NCBI GenBank assembly: GCA_964016885.1
Contig: OZ024745.1
Location: 123,876,001 to 123,940,000, forward strand
DNA from: Eledone cirrhosa
Lineage: Eukaryota
Reading direction: 5' to 3'
Length of the DNA stretch: 64,000 nucleotides
Shown in pieces: positions 62,373 to 64,000 of the stretch. Below the pieces are notes generated by a model. It saw only the letters and a list, made by a program, of their open reading frames with translations. It was not told the origin of the DNA and did no database searches. The translations under genes and the position numbers were made by a program. Numbering within the stretch: the first letter of the stretch is position 1; every line of letters begins with the position of its first letter.

Positions 62373-62721
62373 ATTACTGTCTTGTATTATTGAAGTCTTC
62401 AACACTTTTGATTCCATCACATCTGGTTTAATGATAGATAGCTCCATTTTAAAGTGTTCATTTTAAACTAAAATCCTGCCAACATAATTTTAAGTAAAAA
62501 TCTTTGGTTATCCCTTTTGATATCAAACTACTATTTGATATCAATTGTTGTTGGATGCACCTAAAACAAATCTACCAAGTCTAAATATAAGAAATAACAC
62601 TAAGTATCCAATCAGATATAGAAGTATTAATTGAAAACTGGTTTTTAACTTCACTGTACTTGTTTTGGTAGTATATACAGTAAAATTAGTTTAGACTTCA
62701 CTACAGTAAGTCACCAGCCCT

Positions 62722-62950
62722 TTAACTTTTTAGCATTTACATTACTCTATATTTACTATTGTATTTTCATGGTAAACACTTTATTCCACATAATTATTAC
62801 ACATAATATTGAATCTACGAGATTTTGATGTTATTTATTTTGAGAACAATACTATAACATCAGTCTGAGCAGCTGGTTATGGCTGGTTTGAATGGAAAAA
62901 GTTGAAAGAATTCTGGCCAGATATGGCCAGTTTAGAAGCTAAATGGTTAA
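62722..62950. mobile_element. piggyBac-type MITE family A
   Basis: Interior matches the family; ends slightly degenerate. Confidence 0.8.
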
Positions 62951-63165
62951 ATTGTCCCTAGTTCTATATTACAAAACATTTTAAAATGTTTATATTCATT
63001 TAAAAACCTTTCATTATAATATAGTGTAAGAACTTTTGATATGTTCTAAACTTCAGCTTAATAATGAGAAAGTTATGTCACAATCTTTCCAAAATCTCAA
63101 TTATTTTCAAAATTATTTACAAATCATAGGTAGTTTTTTTTATAAGAAGTATAATAATGAAGGGG

Positions 63166-63359
63166 TTAACCCTTTAGCATTTACATTACTCTATATTTAC
63201 TATTGTATTTTCACGGTAAAGGCTTTACCTCACATAATATTGAATCTATGAGATTTTGATATTATCTATCTTGAGAACAATACCTTAGAGGCCGGTTGCA
63301 ACCAGTTTGAACAGAAAGGGGTGAGAGAATTCTGGCCGGTTTAAATATTAAAGGGTTAA
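63166..63359. mobile_element. piggyBac-type MITE family A
   Basis: TTAA-CCCTTTAGCATTT...AAAGGG-TTAA. Confidence 0.88.
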
Positions 63360-64000
63360 ATTATGTTCCAAACACCATCTTCAAGGTGGATGGAAACAAT
63401 AGAATGCCTGTCATATAATGTTCAATATAATCAAAATTTTTGTGGTATTTAGTAAAATATTTGTAACTTTACAGTATGTGTGTTTGAATCTCAGAATATT
63501 TAGCAATAAAACTAGAAGCTGTAAAATATGTTGCTGTTCTCCATTATCGCTCAATCTGCTAGAAATAGCAGCCAAAATTTCCACAAATAACACCTTACCT
63601 TCTTAACATTTTGTGACTATATTTCTAACAAGAATACTCTACCTTCATGTTTTAATCATTAATATAATTAAGCTTTATGAGAGGTTTAATGAAATAACTA
63701 ACCTTCAACTTAATGATAAAAGACAAATATTTAACATCATCATCATCATTTTACGTCTGCTTTTCCCTGCTTGCAAGGGTGGGACAATAAAAATCTAATA
63801 TTATCTAGCATGTAATAATGAGATTTCAGTCCAAGATTTAAATTTAAATTTTAACACATTAATAGAGGTGGTTTCTGATGGGGTGGTTTCTGGTGGGGTG
63901 GGTTAAGAATGGACACATTTGATATGGTAGTCCTCAAAATACTAAAAAGCTGGAACACCTTTGATCATGGGTCTGTTTGATCTGGGTTGGCCTGGACCTA

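Overview
Eukaryotic, very AT-rich and repeat-saturated DNA with many (TA)n/(CA)n/(CAT)n microsatellites. The repeat inventory (RTE LINEs with (GAT)n tails, Deu/Nin-type and Meta-like tRNA SINEs) is most consistent with a coleoid cephalopod such as Octopus; this is inference, no search was run. Almost all ORF-track entries are microsatellite artefacts or transposon remnants. Recognisable content: (1) RTE-clade LINE fragments whose RT C-terminus carries a PHD-like C4HC3 finger, plus CR1-like and CRE-like LINE remnants; (2) at least two SINE families; (3) two TTAA/piggyBac-type MITE families and two piggyBac 5' remnants; (4) hAT and Tc1/pogo MITEs, DD37D (maT) and mariner remnants; (5) non-autonomous Helitrons; (6) two or three small + strand exons of an unidentified host gene near 49.5-52.9 kb. 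The most interesting signal is about a dozen type I hammerhead-ribozyme motifs from several short non-coding element families that sit almost exclusively inside (TA)n tracts and show Penelope-like tandem or fold-back architecture. Two divergent families share octamer + TATA-like motifs at the same distance upstream of the ribozyme core. A tandem 72-nt tRNA-like unit with a similar fold-back layout is also present. All structures were folded by eye; coordinates of degenerate repeats are approximate.
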